Shown here: piece after piece, positions 1-13,079 of the stretch
Layout: each line of letters begins with the position of its first letter
Numbering within the stretch: position 1 is the first letter of the stretch
Assembly: GCA_011109175.1 (NCBI GenBank)
Contig: RDEW01000004.1
Coordinates: 1,697,355-1,761,354 of the forward strand
Length of the DNA: 64,000 nucleotides
Direction: 5' to 3'
DNA from: Dicyema japonicum
Lineage: Eukaryota > Animalia > Dicyemida
Program-made: the position numbers and the translations under genes
The notes under the pieces: model-generated
Seen by the model: only the letters and a program-made list of their open reading frames with translations
What the model was told of the DNA's origin: nothing
Databases searched by the model: none

Positions 1-989
1 ATAAGTTTTGGGTAACAGGGAATTTTCAACTAATAATAATAGTTCTATCGTACTCAGTATCTCGAAATTACTTAAAGAGAGTAGGGAATAAGGCATAACG
101 AAAACCTTAAGTATTCATATGCTCATTGAATATGCTGAATTACCTTTAAATAACAATAGTCAATATGAATAGAACGTGACTAAATAGAAGAACGTTTTTG
201 TACTCACTGGCTTTATTTCCTAACTTTGATCTGTCATAAGTGACTGATGCAACATGCGATACAATTCCACGGCACATAAGCTTTACACCGATACACTATT
301 TAAATTTTCAACTAATTTGTGTTTAACGAGACCCAGGAATAGACCAGGTACCTTCAGCATGCAATACAGACGTCATACTTTTAAGTTAATTTAAGTTATT
401 ATTATTTAATTTAATACTGATAATTAAGTTAAGGGAATATGATACGAAGCGGTACTACTTGCCAACCGACTTTTACACAGAAAGTCTTCTACTGAAATAA
501 ATCAAACATAAACCTATCGCCAAGTAACCAGATTTCCCAGATTTATGTATCTTCCGGACTTCTGCAATTTTTAAAGACATCCCAAATATCCAGAAAGTGC
601 CTGGGAGTTCTTCCTTGAACAAACGCATAACAATTTTGTTTTTCCAGAATCATTGTCTGATGCATATTATTGCACTTTCAACTTGTTCATTTATAGGGCT
701 GTGATTTAGTAGTAAAGAGCTAATAACTTTTTCCAACTTTTCTTTTAAGGAACAAATTCTTAAATTTTTATAACCTGCTAATTTCTATTCCCGAAACCAC
801 TCGCCCACAAAGAAGTTGTGTTAAATCCCAGAAGGCGCACGAGGAGAAAATGAGAAATCTGATTAAGGCCTTCGAGATCACTTAATTAATATAGTAATTA
901 AATTAACTATTGGTGTTCTTGGGTTAATAATAATCGTTATTATTGCACGACACACTAGGCGATTATTATGTTTGGCGACGAGTCTTTCA

Positions 990-1275
990 GGAACGACACA
1001 GTAGTTAAAAGGGATCTTCCTACCTTTCTCCCTGACCAAATCCTCTCATCGCTAAAAATGAAGTGATGTCAGCGATGGTAGAACGTGGGACAAAAATGGA
1101 AGAGGACGGACCTACTTCCCCACCTCTCTTCGGAAGCGGAAGCCTGAAATTAAGTATTGAAAGATGGATTTGGTCGGCACAAGCAGATGTTCTCCTTTCG
1201 GTTCCTTCCTTGGACTAGTTAGTTATGACTGTTTGTGCTGAATTTACCATTGTAAGCCTGGAGTTAGCAATAATA
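990..1275 (+). repeat. Dispersed ~280-bp retro-like repeat, family B, copy 1 (ribozyme-like core deleted)
   Basis: Shares 'ggacctacttc..cacctctcttcggaagcggaagcct', 'ggtcggcacaagcagatgttctcc' and 'ttccttggactagttagttatgactg' with 10730-10975 (+) and 32470-32770 (-). Ends in an AT-rich aataataat tail. Confidence 0.8.
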
Positions 1276-2319
1276 ATAGTCATTATTATAATAAAATCTT
1301 ACTTAACCATTACGAAGATGAAAGATTATTCTAATGAATATTAGTTCAAATAAGTAATTAGTCGATTTAGGGTTATAGTCAATATATCAAAATGGCAATT
1401 TGACTGGCGAGCTGTTGGTCATTTTATTCCCCATAGTATGGATAATTTATTACCCATTTGAGCAAACCATACAAAAAATTAAAAAATTCCATTGAAGTCA
1501 ATCTAAAAACCACATAATACGTTTCTCGAATTATCTAAGTATTTCTTTAGGCTTCTCATAATACGTTTCTTGAATTCGTTTTTTTGAAGTTGGCAAAACT
1601 AAGTTAAATACTTTTAGAATAAGACCACGTCAAAATAAAAAAAACATTTAAAAAATTATTGGAACATCAATTAAAGCGGAAATAAAATTAATCAGCAAAT
1701 TGGTGTAATAAGCCATTCGGAACCACATCACTAAGTAAATGAGTTAATATTTTAATGATTTTTATTTAAAATAAGTAATTAGTCGACTTATTGTCAAACA
1801 TAATACAGTCCGATCTTGTTTTGAAAACCCAAACTACTGGGAAAACCTCTTTTTTGGGGAAATCAATTTTGAGGAGATTTTATCATTTAATAGTAACGAT
1901 GAAATTTTCTTTTAGTAATAATCCCCAAATGTGAAAATTGGTAACGAAATGTTAATATATTTGTTTAAAAGCTAATTCAATCTTGCAACAATTATTAATT
2001 TTTAAATTTATCTTTGAAAATTTTTGAAAATTGGCCATCTCATATTAACGAAGAAATGAGACAAAAAAATAACATACTAAATAATGCAACTAATATACTT
2101 GTATTCAATATTCGAACGTCGACATAATATTTTTCCAAAAAATACGACTTTACTACAGAAATGTAATCATGGGATAAGCGTTTAAAAATAATTTATTAGA
2201 TGATGAAAACAATTATAAAAATTCTGTAATTCAAATAGATGAAGTATAAAGGGATCACAATATGCAATATCATGTTTAAAAAAAGGTCTGGGACAAATTT
2301 AATAAATCAAAAAATGAAT

Positions 2320-2390
2320 TCGAACCCACGATCTTAGATCCGATGTCATCAGACGTTATATTGAGTCAGAATAGAACGACAGATTTTTTT
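2320..2390 (-). repeat. Degenerate tRNA-like (SINE head) fragment
   Basis: Minus strand reads 'tgactcaatataacg...cgtgggttcgaattc': an A-box-like motif plus a good B-box GGTTCGAATTC. No acceptor stem. Confidence 0.5.
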
Positions 2391-2469
2391 ATCAAAATAA
2401 AAATCTAATGATTTATTTAGCTTTTAATACTTATTATAGTATTTTTTGCTTGATAATTAGAGCTTCCGT

Positions 2470-2620
2470 ATTCATTGATGTCGATGTGGGACGATGATTG
2501 ATCGGAAAGGAATCCACCTCTCATTTGCAAGAAGCCTTCTGGAAAATTTCCTAGGCATGCGACCATAAATGAAATCATCCTCTTAATAGTGGTAATGCTG
2601 ACTGGTTTTTGTCAGCAGTC
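2470..2620 (+). mobile_element. CRE-like non-LTR retrotransposon fragment (zinc-knuckle region)
   Basis: Broken frames give CGTMIDRKGIH and GKFPRHATINEII, matching CGRWIDPFGYHPLSCKMSAGRFPRHS in the large CRE copy at 25419-25712. Confidence 0.65.
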
Positions 2621-4289
2621 TATGTATAAAAGTTATTAAATCAATTAGGAACATTAACAAGAGAAGAAATTAAATTTATATGTAAAAAAAGTGTTTTAAT
2701 CCATTCGGAACTCATCACGTAGTGAATGAGTAAACTGATTTATCACCGCTGCATATGATACATCTCCCTCATCACATTTTTATTTATGCTCATTCTTGGT
2801 AAATATATTGAATCTACGTTCATCTTTAGTATTATCAAATTCAAAACCACAAATTAGTATTTTTTATTGCCATATTTTTATATTTAAGTTTGCCACTCTT
2901 CCCACATAGAGCTGCCATCCATATTTTCCAAATTGATCAAATTTAAATTTTTTTCTGAATATATTAAAATATTAAAAAAACAAGTAATTTTCGATTACTT
3001 TTTTCTTTAATCAGTATTATCATAAAATCTAATTTGACTTTTTGTAGATGAAAGATTATTTTAATTATAAAGATTTCGATTTCGAGTCAAGGTTAGTTAT
3101 ATCAAAATGACAATTTTAACATGAATACTGCATGTCAAAATTCTTTAAGCATTTTCCCCAGAATGATCAATGGCCATTCGATTAGGATATCATTATTTTT
3201 AATCACTGAAATCCTGATATTTTGAGGAATGTAGATCATCTAATGGAGCAGAATAGCAACCTTACGTTTTTTATAGTTGACAAATCTTAGTTAAATAAAT
3301 TTAAAATAATTACGAGAATTCCCTGGGGATGGGAGTGGGTGTGAATCGGATTAATGTATGGCACCGGCTCAGCTGAACGTTGACACCTATGTCTATATTA
3401 CTACTCTTGCCGACGGAGCGCAGGAAGTACCTCCCGCAATTTAGCTCCCATAGGATATTAGAAACAAAAGTCACGAATAAAAAAGAAGCGTCTGATGCAT
3501 GAAATATTCTTGTTAGCCTAAAATTAAAGGAACTAGGAATATCTGGCAGAAACATGCATTAATAGTTAATGTGATTCTATTTTGCTATAAACTGTTTGTT
3601 TTTAGGACTGAAAATTAGATTTGAGCTAACAGAACAACTAATTAATGTATTTATTTTGGGGAAGAACAGACTTCCAATTACTTGACACAAATGTAGCATA
3701 ACATTGGAAGAGAAAGAAATAAAACTAAGAAAAATCTTGGACCAACTAGTTAATAGAAAGTATCGAACTCGTAGAGTACCAGTAGTGACATATTAATTTG
3801 AGATATTTATTTAAAACTAAGAATCACAGATATATTAAAAAGATGCGTGGCTGTCAGGTAATCCCGACCTTCTTTAGCATCCGACTCATCCTTTCACGGT
3901 GTTCGTCCCGAGAACAGACGTATTTTTTGTATGTACGGGACACTTTACTGAATTTCGGAGATAACAATCGGACTCTCGTTCCCCTCACAAGTTCCTCAAA
4001 TGGAGATGGTATTAACCGTTGGGAAGACCTTTGATAGTAACTTATAACTATAAATTCAATTTTGATTTATTAGCAGACAATTAAAAAAATTGTTAATTTC
4101 AAATAATTTCACCAATAACCATCAGTTAATCTTATGGAAGATGATAGAGCTGGCACGTTTGTCTCAAAAAGAACAAACTCCTTCGTTTTGGCTTTTTAGC
4201 GTGTGTGTGGAATAATTAAAAACGTTAAAGAATTGTGAGATAACAAATAACTCAAATTTTCTATTGCTCTATCCATAATGTTGACAGTG

Positions 4290-4530
4290 AGACGCAATGC
4301 AACGAATGCCGAGCAAAAGGCCTGATAGCACTTAATTCAAATCTCGCCCATGTACTTTTCAGCTGAAGGTTTCACTCATCTACGAGGCTTTGGCTTGAAT
4401 ATTGATACATCACTGCGGAACTGGATCGTCTATAAGGGTCTCAGACAACAAAAAAGCTGTTAAGCATTCTTTGGTTTTCCCTCATCTATTAGTAATGATA
4501 GCTGTTCTTTACTTAAATAAAGTGTCTTGC
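4290..4530 (+). repeat. tRNA-derived SINE copy (diverged)
   Basis: 'tcactgcggaactggatcgtctataaggg' and 'aagcattctttggttttccctc...tttacttaaataaa' match 31177-31310. Confidence 0.7.
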
Positions 4531-5959
4531 CTGGGGGGAGCTCCTGTTTAGTGTTCGAAGCATAGTCTGACATTGAAACTTGAATTTGTAAAAAGGGTAG
4601 AATTAACAGACTGGGAGTACGATAAAGACAGGCATTATTAGAAAAGTGAGGGTATGAGATCCTGCTTGGCATTTCATTTAACTGAATTAATAATTCTAAC
4701 AGATGGACATACTCTAATAAATTCATTATAATTAATTCGTAAAAAGACTATATGGTTTCGTGGAAATTTGAAAGATAATTTAATAAAAAATTGTAATTTT
4801 TTGGTTCAAGAGGTCGCTTAAAAGGATACATTATTTGGTCTTAAAATTTATCAACCTGATTTCAAAATTTCTGCAATACTAGATAAGATTTCTGTAGTTA
4901 AAGTTGTTTATCAATGAACAGCTGATTCACGTGCAAACCATTTTCAGCCTATTGAAGCTGTTTTAGATATGAACACAAATCCGTAGGATGTATCCTAACA
5001 AATATAAATTCATTCTAAAACTAATATTAAGATAAAAATAATTTTATAAATGTTACTTTCAATTTGTGTAATTAATCAATTCATGAAATGACTGAAAATT
5101 TATGTTTAATTCAGTCAATTCATGAAATGACTGATTACACGAATTGACTGCAACATATATTGGAATATCTGATGAGAGAAGTAGAAGGTGTCGGAATTTT
5201 GATCAGAACAATGCTAAACTCGCATAATCCAAGAGAACTTGGAATTTTAAAAAGTAGGCGAAATTTGCTCGACGTGAATTTTGAACGTCTCAGTATATAG
5301 TCTATATTTTAAATTAATTAGATACCTATTGACATCTTGTTCTTTCTTGCTGAAAAAACGCTGCGAGATTCGATATTTTTTGTTAATTTTAGTTAAGTTT
5401 TTTTTCAAGTGCGCTTATTCCATCGCTTTTCTATGTACTTGAGCGATGTTTTACATAGCATATAAAGAGCGTGTTATTTCTCTCTTGAAATGTTAAAGGG
5501 AGCAGGGATCAAGATTGCTTTACACAAACTGCTCGACGAGACTTTAGACGAAGATGAAGATTGGGTATTGATGTCGATCTAAGAAGTAACAGAGAAAAAA
5601 TAGCGAACTTCCTTTATTCATACATAGCATCGCAAATGAATCAGAAGAGGGATCCGAGGTCGCAGGAGGAGATTCAAAGTTGTGCCAGGACTTGTGCTAC
5701 AGAAAGATAAGAATACGCTCTTTACTTTCCTTTGGAAATAAAGTTCGTTAAAAGTTAAAGTAGTTCAGAAACGGAAGAAAAAAAAACTAACAGTACGCAA
5801 TTTATTTACCAGCCGTCCTTTAAAATAAAGGAAACCGGTGGCTAACAGAAAAGTCATAACCAAGAGCGGACGCTCTCAGAGATCCATCAGATGTATTTGA
5901 TGAGTAGCAGAACTCGAAAGCGGACTCGAACAAGAAAAGAGGTAGTCCATCTTCTACTT

Positions 5960-6563
5960 CATTGGTTCTTAATGGGGACGCTGTAACATATTAGGGGGGG
6001 GGGGCTGGAATTTTAATTTTTTTTAATTTTTGTACAAAATATTTGCATTATGTATTAAAATCATTTGTCACTTGCTGTTCTAGTTAATTCTATTTTTCTT
6101 GTGTTTACTTTTCTAAAAAATTATTTACTGATATAACATACTATTGGAGATTACTTCATGTTACCAACTGTCAAAGAAATTCTTGATTTAATGATTGATA
6201 GTGATTCTGATCAAATAATTTCATAAATTCCTCTCAGCAATGATTAGTCTCTTCCAGAATTGATGAAATGGCATTAGATATTAAAAAAACCTTATGCTCA
6301 TTGTTAAGATAACAATTTTTTTTAATTCAGATTGATGAATCAACATGTAATGATAGTGTTGCACTATTATTAATTAACGTACGTTATATCAATCAAAGTG
6401 ATGCCATTCATGAAGAATTTTTATTTTCTGAACCCCTTCAACTCGACACAATAGACTTAACAAGTTTTTATATAAATTATACCTTGAAGGGGCGCTGAAA
6501 TTTTGAAGCTTCAAAAATTGTATCAAAAGGGGACGCTGACTTAAAAAAGGTTAAGAACCACAG
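5960..6563 (+). mobile_element. hAT (Buster/Charlie-type) deletion derivative
   Basis: TIRs cattggttcttaa / ttaagaaccacag. 8-bp flanks ttctactt / ttctaatc (6/8). Internal FFLIQIDEST...VRYINQSDAIHEEFLFSEPL resembles the hAT transposase LDESTD...VRY...EEFLF motif. Confidence 0.75.
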
Positions 6564-7119
6564 TTCTAATCGAATAGAAAGCAGAAAAATCAAAATTGTT
6601 AGGGCAATGTCTGATTCTGTTAAAATTCAACTGTAAATCCGTATGTTACCGCAACGGAGGTGCGCCAAGTAGACACGAACTTCCCGTGGTGGAGAAACTT
6701 CGCTTCTGTTAATGTTCGGTGCAAGACGTCCTAAAAACAAGGATCCTATATGACTAGATTCTTGTGATCAAAGAAAACATAGAGATACTGCATTTACACT
6801 TTACAAAAAGATTGATGATGTCCACAAAGTAAGCGGAAGAGGATCACACTTTAATATTTTATTAAAAGCAACTATTTAAGAAGGAGATATCTGGAAATTT
6901 GACCGTAGGGGCTCGTATTGTGCGGATAGACATATTTATTACAAAATATATTTTTTATTACATAAAGTTACAAAATTTATTTTTTAATTTTTAAAATATA
7001 TAAAATTATTAAGTAAATTTGAAAATTATTTAAGTCAAGTTGTGCCTTATAGTTCTTCTTAGTGAACAGACATCTAGGTAGACAATACAATAAAAGGACT
7101 GATTTAACAACTCAACAAC

Positions 7120-7330
7120 TCAAGACCAAGGTAAAACCAAACTAATTATCACGTGATCCCGATGCATTCTAACAGCGACCTCATCTTAGTCCGGAGTTCT
7201 TCCACCGTGCCCGTTCATGAACGTACATGTTCATAATATAATCAACCAATGAATTTGAAAGCGATCTCTTTCACGTGATCATGACCAGGATCGAGGAAGA
7301 CCTAAACAAGAAAAACACGTGGTAAAGCAT
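7120..7330 (-). repeat. LINE/SINE 3'-tail repeat (family A)
   Basis: 'ggtaaaaccaaaactaattatcacgtgatcccgatgcattctaacagcgacctcatctt' is almost the exact reverse complement of 12547-12606. Confidence 0.85.
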
Positions 7331-8429
7331 AAAAAAGTCGAACTAACAACAGAAAAGGTAGAAATGGAGACTTTACATACTTTTAGTTGAGGAGAATCCC
7401 AAGTAACACACCAAATACTGAAAGAAATGAAGTAAGAATTCATAAAATTCCTTGCATCTTTACTTTTAATATAAGATTTTTACTTATTTTTAGTAAATAT
7501 ATTATCGAGTTGGGCTAAAGCCTATCACTGCGAGGATATTGGCTGAGCTTATTTAGATAAGGCACCCATGAAAACGGCGTCCTCCATAGATGAGGACACT
7601 CACAAGTCTGCCATAAACATCGGGGAAACTCAACGATTTTTGAAAATGAAGGAAAGGATGAAAACGTTGAAATAAACAGATTAAAGATGAACTACTCGTT
7701 GGTCTTGGTTTATATTTTAGACACGTACAAACACTGGGAAACGTGGAGGATTAAAGTCCCCTGAGTTGACTTTTTTTTGGGGGATCAGAAGAGGCTGCTG
7801 CTCAAAAAGTAGTTTCCTCCCAATGAAGGAAATTAGATATCTCTCCACCTAAACAATAATTTAAAGAAGGAACAATTTCATGAGCTTGGAGATCTCAACG
7901 GCACCACTACGGAGAATGAAAATCTCCCATTCAAAGTAGGACTGGTCATTGATGGCGTCAGTGAATTTTGAAAGGAACTCAGTTGTACTCAAATTCACCA
8001 AACTCTCAGTATTGAGAGTTTTGTCATTCCAAAAGAAAGCGACGACACTGAGGAAATCTTGCTAGTAAATAAATGATCAGTGTGAAAAAAGACTCTAGTA
8101 CTGAGGAAGAAGCAGTAAAGTTGAGGAAACCAACGTTTATTCATTTTAATGATTCTAAGTTATTTTTTGTCATTGAACCGTCGCTTAATTTTGGATTGTC
8201 TGGACTTTTCAATTTAGCTTTACAGAAGGGTTTGCCCTATTTGTTAATTTTAGGGTATATCAAACGGGAAGTCAATGAGAATGAACCGGAAATATCAGAG
8301 GATGCGAAGTAAATTTGTTCAAAGAATTTTTCTGATAAAATTAGGCGTTTTGAGTATTATTTCTCTTTAATGTTATGAGGGAGATTCGAAGCAAAGAAAA
8401 AGAGAGACCCTATTTGTAAGAATCTGTTA

Positions 8430-8530
8430 ACCACAGGCTTAATATCTGGTAAGCCCAGCACAATCAGTCGCAACTAATTAATCCAAGGAAGGAACCTAAG
8501 GGAGCACTTGTGCTGTCCAATTCTATCCTC
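8430..8530 (-). repeat. Family B repeat, 3' fragment
   Basis: 'taagcccagcacaatcagtcgcaactaattaatccaaggaaggaacc' matches 32507-32555. Confidence 0.75.
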
Positions 8531-9477
8531 CAATAGTCCTTCATTTCACTTTTTTTTATGTAAATCGATGTTTCAAGAGAAAAGGTCTTAAGGGACTATT
8601 ATGCCTGAGAAAGTTACGTCTCGAAAAAAATAAAATGTTTTATGCATTCATAGATATATCCTTATGTATGAATGCAAGGGATGGTTTTTCCCTAGGAAAA
8701 GGAATCGCATCTTAAGACGCACGAGTGGAGAAGAGAGCAGTCCTGTAAGTCGATTACGTGAGTCTATCCAACGTCGACGAGATGAAAGACTCAGGAGACA
8801 TTAAAACCGAGTTTTTGAACGAAGTTTGTGATGCACATGCGAACCATGGTCCGAATCTTTTTAGTCATAAATTGACACAACTTGAGGATGAATTTTAGAA
8901 TTTGTTGGAATGTGAATTTTCGAACATGAAGAAAGTGCTTTGATGGCTGCTCTTGTTCCAGCTTCGATCGACATTTAACGAGAGGCTGATCACTTCTACT
9001 TCCAGTTTCGAGAATTTTAGACTGATCACCTCTACTTCCCTGGTCAGACTATGTGCCTCTCGTATTCGGTTGAAGATGGGATTATCGGGGATATGGATTC
9101 CTTCGTAAAAGAACGAGCGTTATTCCTAATTGCGGCAGCCATAGACTCCTTCCCATGATCACCTCTATTTACTCCAGTTTTTTTTCCAATCTGCATTAAA
9201 AATTAATTTAAAAATTGACCAATTAATAAGAATAGGTTTTTTCTTAGAAAATTTGTCGACTTGGCCATGTTTCTACCTTGAGCTTACAGGAAAACTATAA
9301 TCAAATTATTTTCGTTTAATAAGTGCAGTCATCGCTTCATACGAATCAGGGATTACGGAAAAGTTGGTTAGGAACATTTCGAAATGTAATATATTATCTT
9401 TTAAAGATGTCTTTCATAGACTAGATTTTAATTAATTTAATAAAAAATTTTTTTAAATGAAATGCAACGATTAATGA

Positions 9478-9820
9478 CGCGTGGCGCCATGTGGTGCTTC
9501 GTGGCTAATTGATTAAAGTTTCTGTTTTTGAGCGTCTGTTCCTAATTCACTTGATTAGTGTGCGTCATGTGGTTCGCCTTGTATGGTGGCGTCAGATACA
9601 AGTCAAAGTGTATCCAAAAAGAACCATTTGTTAAGACCATCCAGAGAAGTTCCCCCTGGACAGCTTTTACTACACATCCAGGAATTTTTCCGGTGGAGAG
9701 AATGCGCAGGAATGCAGTTGAAACACTGAGAAAAGATGCGGAGAATATTTAGGGGGGCTGGGATCACCTGAATTTGGTTATTTTAGATATATCGGTGATT
9801 TTGGTTCAATAAATTAAACT
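9478..9820 (+). repeat. Full-length SINE (head + core + family A tail)
   Basis: Head 'gcgtggcgccatgtggtgcttcgtggctaattg' is shared with 43000 and 53790. Core 'aaaaagaaccatttg'. Tail 'ctgggatcacctgaatttggtt...tggttcaataaa'. Confidence 0.7.
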
Positions 9821-10729
9821 AAGCAATTTTGCTAGTTATGGTTCATGAGTATGGTGCAATTATTGATGCGATTAAAAGATCTTCTGAGGTATTACTAATT
9901 TAACCCTTCAGATTACCACTGAAGTACAAGCCTAAGATATTCCACTACCTCCTGCAAAAAAGGTCTGCATTGGACGGAATAGGTCTCCATTCAATGTTTA
10001 CTCTATACCCGCCGTTGCTTGTCTAGAGAGTTCAGGATATCAACGCCAAACGTTTGTTGTAGAATAAACTAGATTTCCTTTGACGGAGATGTCAAATGAG
10101 AAACCGAAATATGGTGAGGTCCTCGAAAATATCATAACACGTGGTTATGTTCACCCTTAAAGACAAATATAGTACTAGGATGAAATTGTCAACATATAAA
10201 TCACGTCCAGAGGGAAACAAACTGCCGCGTTTACATCGAATCAGATTTTGCTGACTGACTGTAATAGAGCCGAGGGGGATCTTCATACATTCTGGCGGCG
10301 ATAGTGGGACACAGGAATAATGTCATGTTACTCTTACCTAGGACAGAGAGAAAACTTTCCACAGACGGGAAGGGGATATTACGGTGGCAAGATGGAAGAT
10401 ACTCACATCAGTCTGCGACGGTCGAGCAGACTCCCCGTGAGCTTGATAAGTAGGAAACAGTCGACTGGTAGCGTTATTGTGAATGTTAATTAGAATGATT
10501 TTTTCGTCTTTGAACTGTTTTGTCGTTGTTGCTTCTTTGTTGTTATTTCTTTTAATTTTTTGGCTTAAGCATTCGTTGTAGTGAAACATGTTGATCGTTG
10601 ATACACAGAAAAGTATTGATGACCAACAACTAATAAATGTACCCAGTTCACAAGGTCGCAGATGCAGACTTTCTACGAACCAATGCTAATGTCATATCTC
10701 GTCAAACAGATTGCACCCGTGAGGGGACG

Positions 10730-10975
10730 AGTCCTTCTTCATGACACAATAGTTAAAAGGGATCTTCTAATTTCTCGATGACCAATTCCTCTGGAGAATA
10801 TTACATTATGAAAACTCTTATGTCGAAGAATGAAGTGATGGCAGCGATGGTAGGCCGTGTGATAAAATTGGAAAGTCTGCAAAAGCAGATGTTCTCCTTC
10901 TCCTTGGATTAATTAGTTATCAATATTTGTGTGTGCTTACTAAAACTTGTAAGCCTGGGGTAATAAATAATAATG
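10730..10975 (+). repeat. Family B repeat, copy 2 (carries hammerhead-like region)
   Basis: Aligns by eye to 990-1275 and to 32470-32770 (-). Contains 'atagttaaaagggatc...attcctctggagaatattacattatgaaaactc'. Confidence 0.8.
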
Positions 10976-11619
10976 CCAACCAATCCAGAATCTATGGCAA
11001 GGAAAGAAAACATTTAGTTTCTGCAGTTTGAAAACCCCTCAAATAAAGTGGGGGTAGCAAATGTTTTTTATGCTTTCTTGGCATTGGGCGTTACATGAAA
11101 CATGTAGATCACGCAACGTCACTTTAGCACACAAGAGATGATAAGTAACATAGGAAAGAAAGAGCAATCTTAGAGCGAGTAGGTAATATCTATGTATATC
11201 TACTGCTCCTCATACGATCGTATATAGGCTGGCCTACTTCTCCACCTCTCTCCGGAAACAGAAGTCTGTAATGGACTATCAGAAGACTGATTTGGTCAGT
11301 TTAAGTAATGGAAACATTATCTACTCCTTATCGGAAGGGAAGTATATTATTTGCCTTCATGTATTTTTTACAGCGAAATTCCATTAATTTAAAATGCAAA
11401 TTATAATATCAAAAATAACTAAATTAATCTAACGAGCATGAATCCCCTGAGTGTGTCCTCTAATAATAGCTATCAAGATACGCTCTCGAACTATGGAGAT
11501 AAATCCGAGGATAAAATGTTTCCTTTAATGTTGTTTAATTCACTGGCATCTTTATAAAAATTAGAAAGCCTCATAGGGAAGAAATTTGTGGTAAAATTAA
11601 TTTATCAGGTTAATTGGAG

Positions 11620-12230
11620 GTCTTGCGGGGAAGCGGAAGGGTGAACTTAGAATGACGCTATGGCTTTTCCAGAATATTAGGCTAGAGACTGAGAGGCAAC
11701 TCCCATTCCGTGTTCAATAATTTTAAAATTGTAAACTCTTGCAATTTTAGTCAATGGTTGAAATTTTTTGCAATTATTTTTTCAAATCCTGTTCGAGGAT
11801 TACTCATGGAAGCAAGCCACACTCCACTGAGACTCGGAGGACTTGGAATTCGGAACCCTGTAGACCTTTCTGTCCCATTATACCTATCATCGCTAGTGAC
11901 CTGTAACCTCCATGTCAAGACGATTCTACACTCTCTATTTGAATTCTCTATTGGCAAAAACGTCGGCCATGCTCGTGAGGCCTGGAGCCGCACTTATCAG
12001 CTTCTCCTGCCTTTCTCGTTCAATCAGTGGGGCTTGAACGATGCTATATGCTGGAATTCTTTCAAAGATTTGCTTGTGTCATCTAGCCAACACCGCCGTG
12101 CCTGTTTGTTGTTAAGGGCGTCTTCCGAGACCGGTTCCTGCTCAACACCATTCCCAATGGAGTTATGGGTACCTTCCTGGATGATATTAGGATCTCAGAA
12201 AACATTCTATTGAAATGAGAGAAGAAAACT
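11620..12230 (+). mobile_element. CRE-like non-LTR retrotransposon remnant
   Basis: ORF 11710-12213 contains EASHTPLRLGGLGIRNP, similar to QASLPVACGGLGL in the CRE copy at 25709-26230. It is preceded by a CRE 3'-end-like segment. Confidence 0.75.
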
Positions 12231-12239
12231 GAACGTATT

Positions 12240-12630
12240 GAAATAGTTTATCGGGAATATGGAAGAGGTAGTACTCGCCTAGTCTTGATGAACGTGTACA
12301 AACAGTACATAGAGCCATGTTTCTCATATGCATGCGCCTCGTGGGGACCGTCCATATCTTGGACAAATATGAGGAATTGAGGAACAAGAGGGCTTACAGA
12401 GTAACGAGCGTTGGATTTGTGAATCACCGAATTTACGCCTCTGGAGGCCCTTATGAGGACTAAATTCCGGATCACGGGTAGGTGGCCGAAAATTCAGGCA
12501 GTCGTCCTGTACGTTTTTGCTCAGGCACAAAGGAAGAACAATGGGCAAAGATGAGGTCTCTGTTAGAATGCATCGGGATCACGTGATAATTAGTTTGGTT
12601 TTACCTTTTGATTTGGGTTGCTAAATAAAT
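12240..12630 (+). mobile_element. 5'-truncated APE-type LINE 3' end whose 3' UTR is the family A tail
   Basis: Frame from ~12282 reads VLMNVYKQYIEPCFSYACASWG (LINE ORF2 C-terminal LYKxYxRPxxEYxxxxW motif). It is followed by 'gcatcgggatcacgtgataattagtttggttttacc...tgggttgctaaataaat'. Confidence 0.8.
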
Positions 12631-13079
12631 ACATAAAAATCAGTTAATATTTCCACGTTGTTTTCAAGTTTAACCGAAATCAACTAAAACTATTTGGTTT
12701 TAATTGAAATGATTTCAAATACTTAATTATTCAATTAAAAATCTTATGCAGATCTGAACAGCATAGAATTTTCATCAGATCGATGCAATATAAAAACTAG
12801 TATATCAAAAAAGCTTCAGAAATCTGGAATACTAAGTATTATTGATTTCTAAATAAGAGTATTTCGCCAGAAATTTACTCATACCTTTAAAATTGTAGCG
12901 GAAGCTCAGCCTCAGTTGAAAGGGCAATATCTCATTTGACGAAAATTCTTACTAAAAATTGAAATTTTAAACCTATGAATGTTCAGGAATATTTAATTTC
13001 GTATTACAATAAAATTTCGTTTTTTTCCATAATGCAAATTTTTACAATTAAATTTTTTTTGCAATTTATATTTATTCCA

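Noticed and set aside
1-800. Minus-strand fragments loosely resembling a PP1/PP2A-type phosphatase (…FLDIWDVFK…LLGD)
   Set aside because: The GDIHG, GDYVDRG and RGNHE motifs are not actually present and no consistent spliced frame was found. Too weak to call.
1340-3130. Short dispersed duplications (aaataagtaattagtcga at about 1348/1770; ccattcggaac at about 1712/2701; tatatcaaaatg.caattt at about 1383/3098)
   Set aside because: Real but short and degraded. No termini, TSD or coding remnant could be assigned, so they are probably old DNA-transposon debris.
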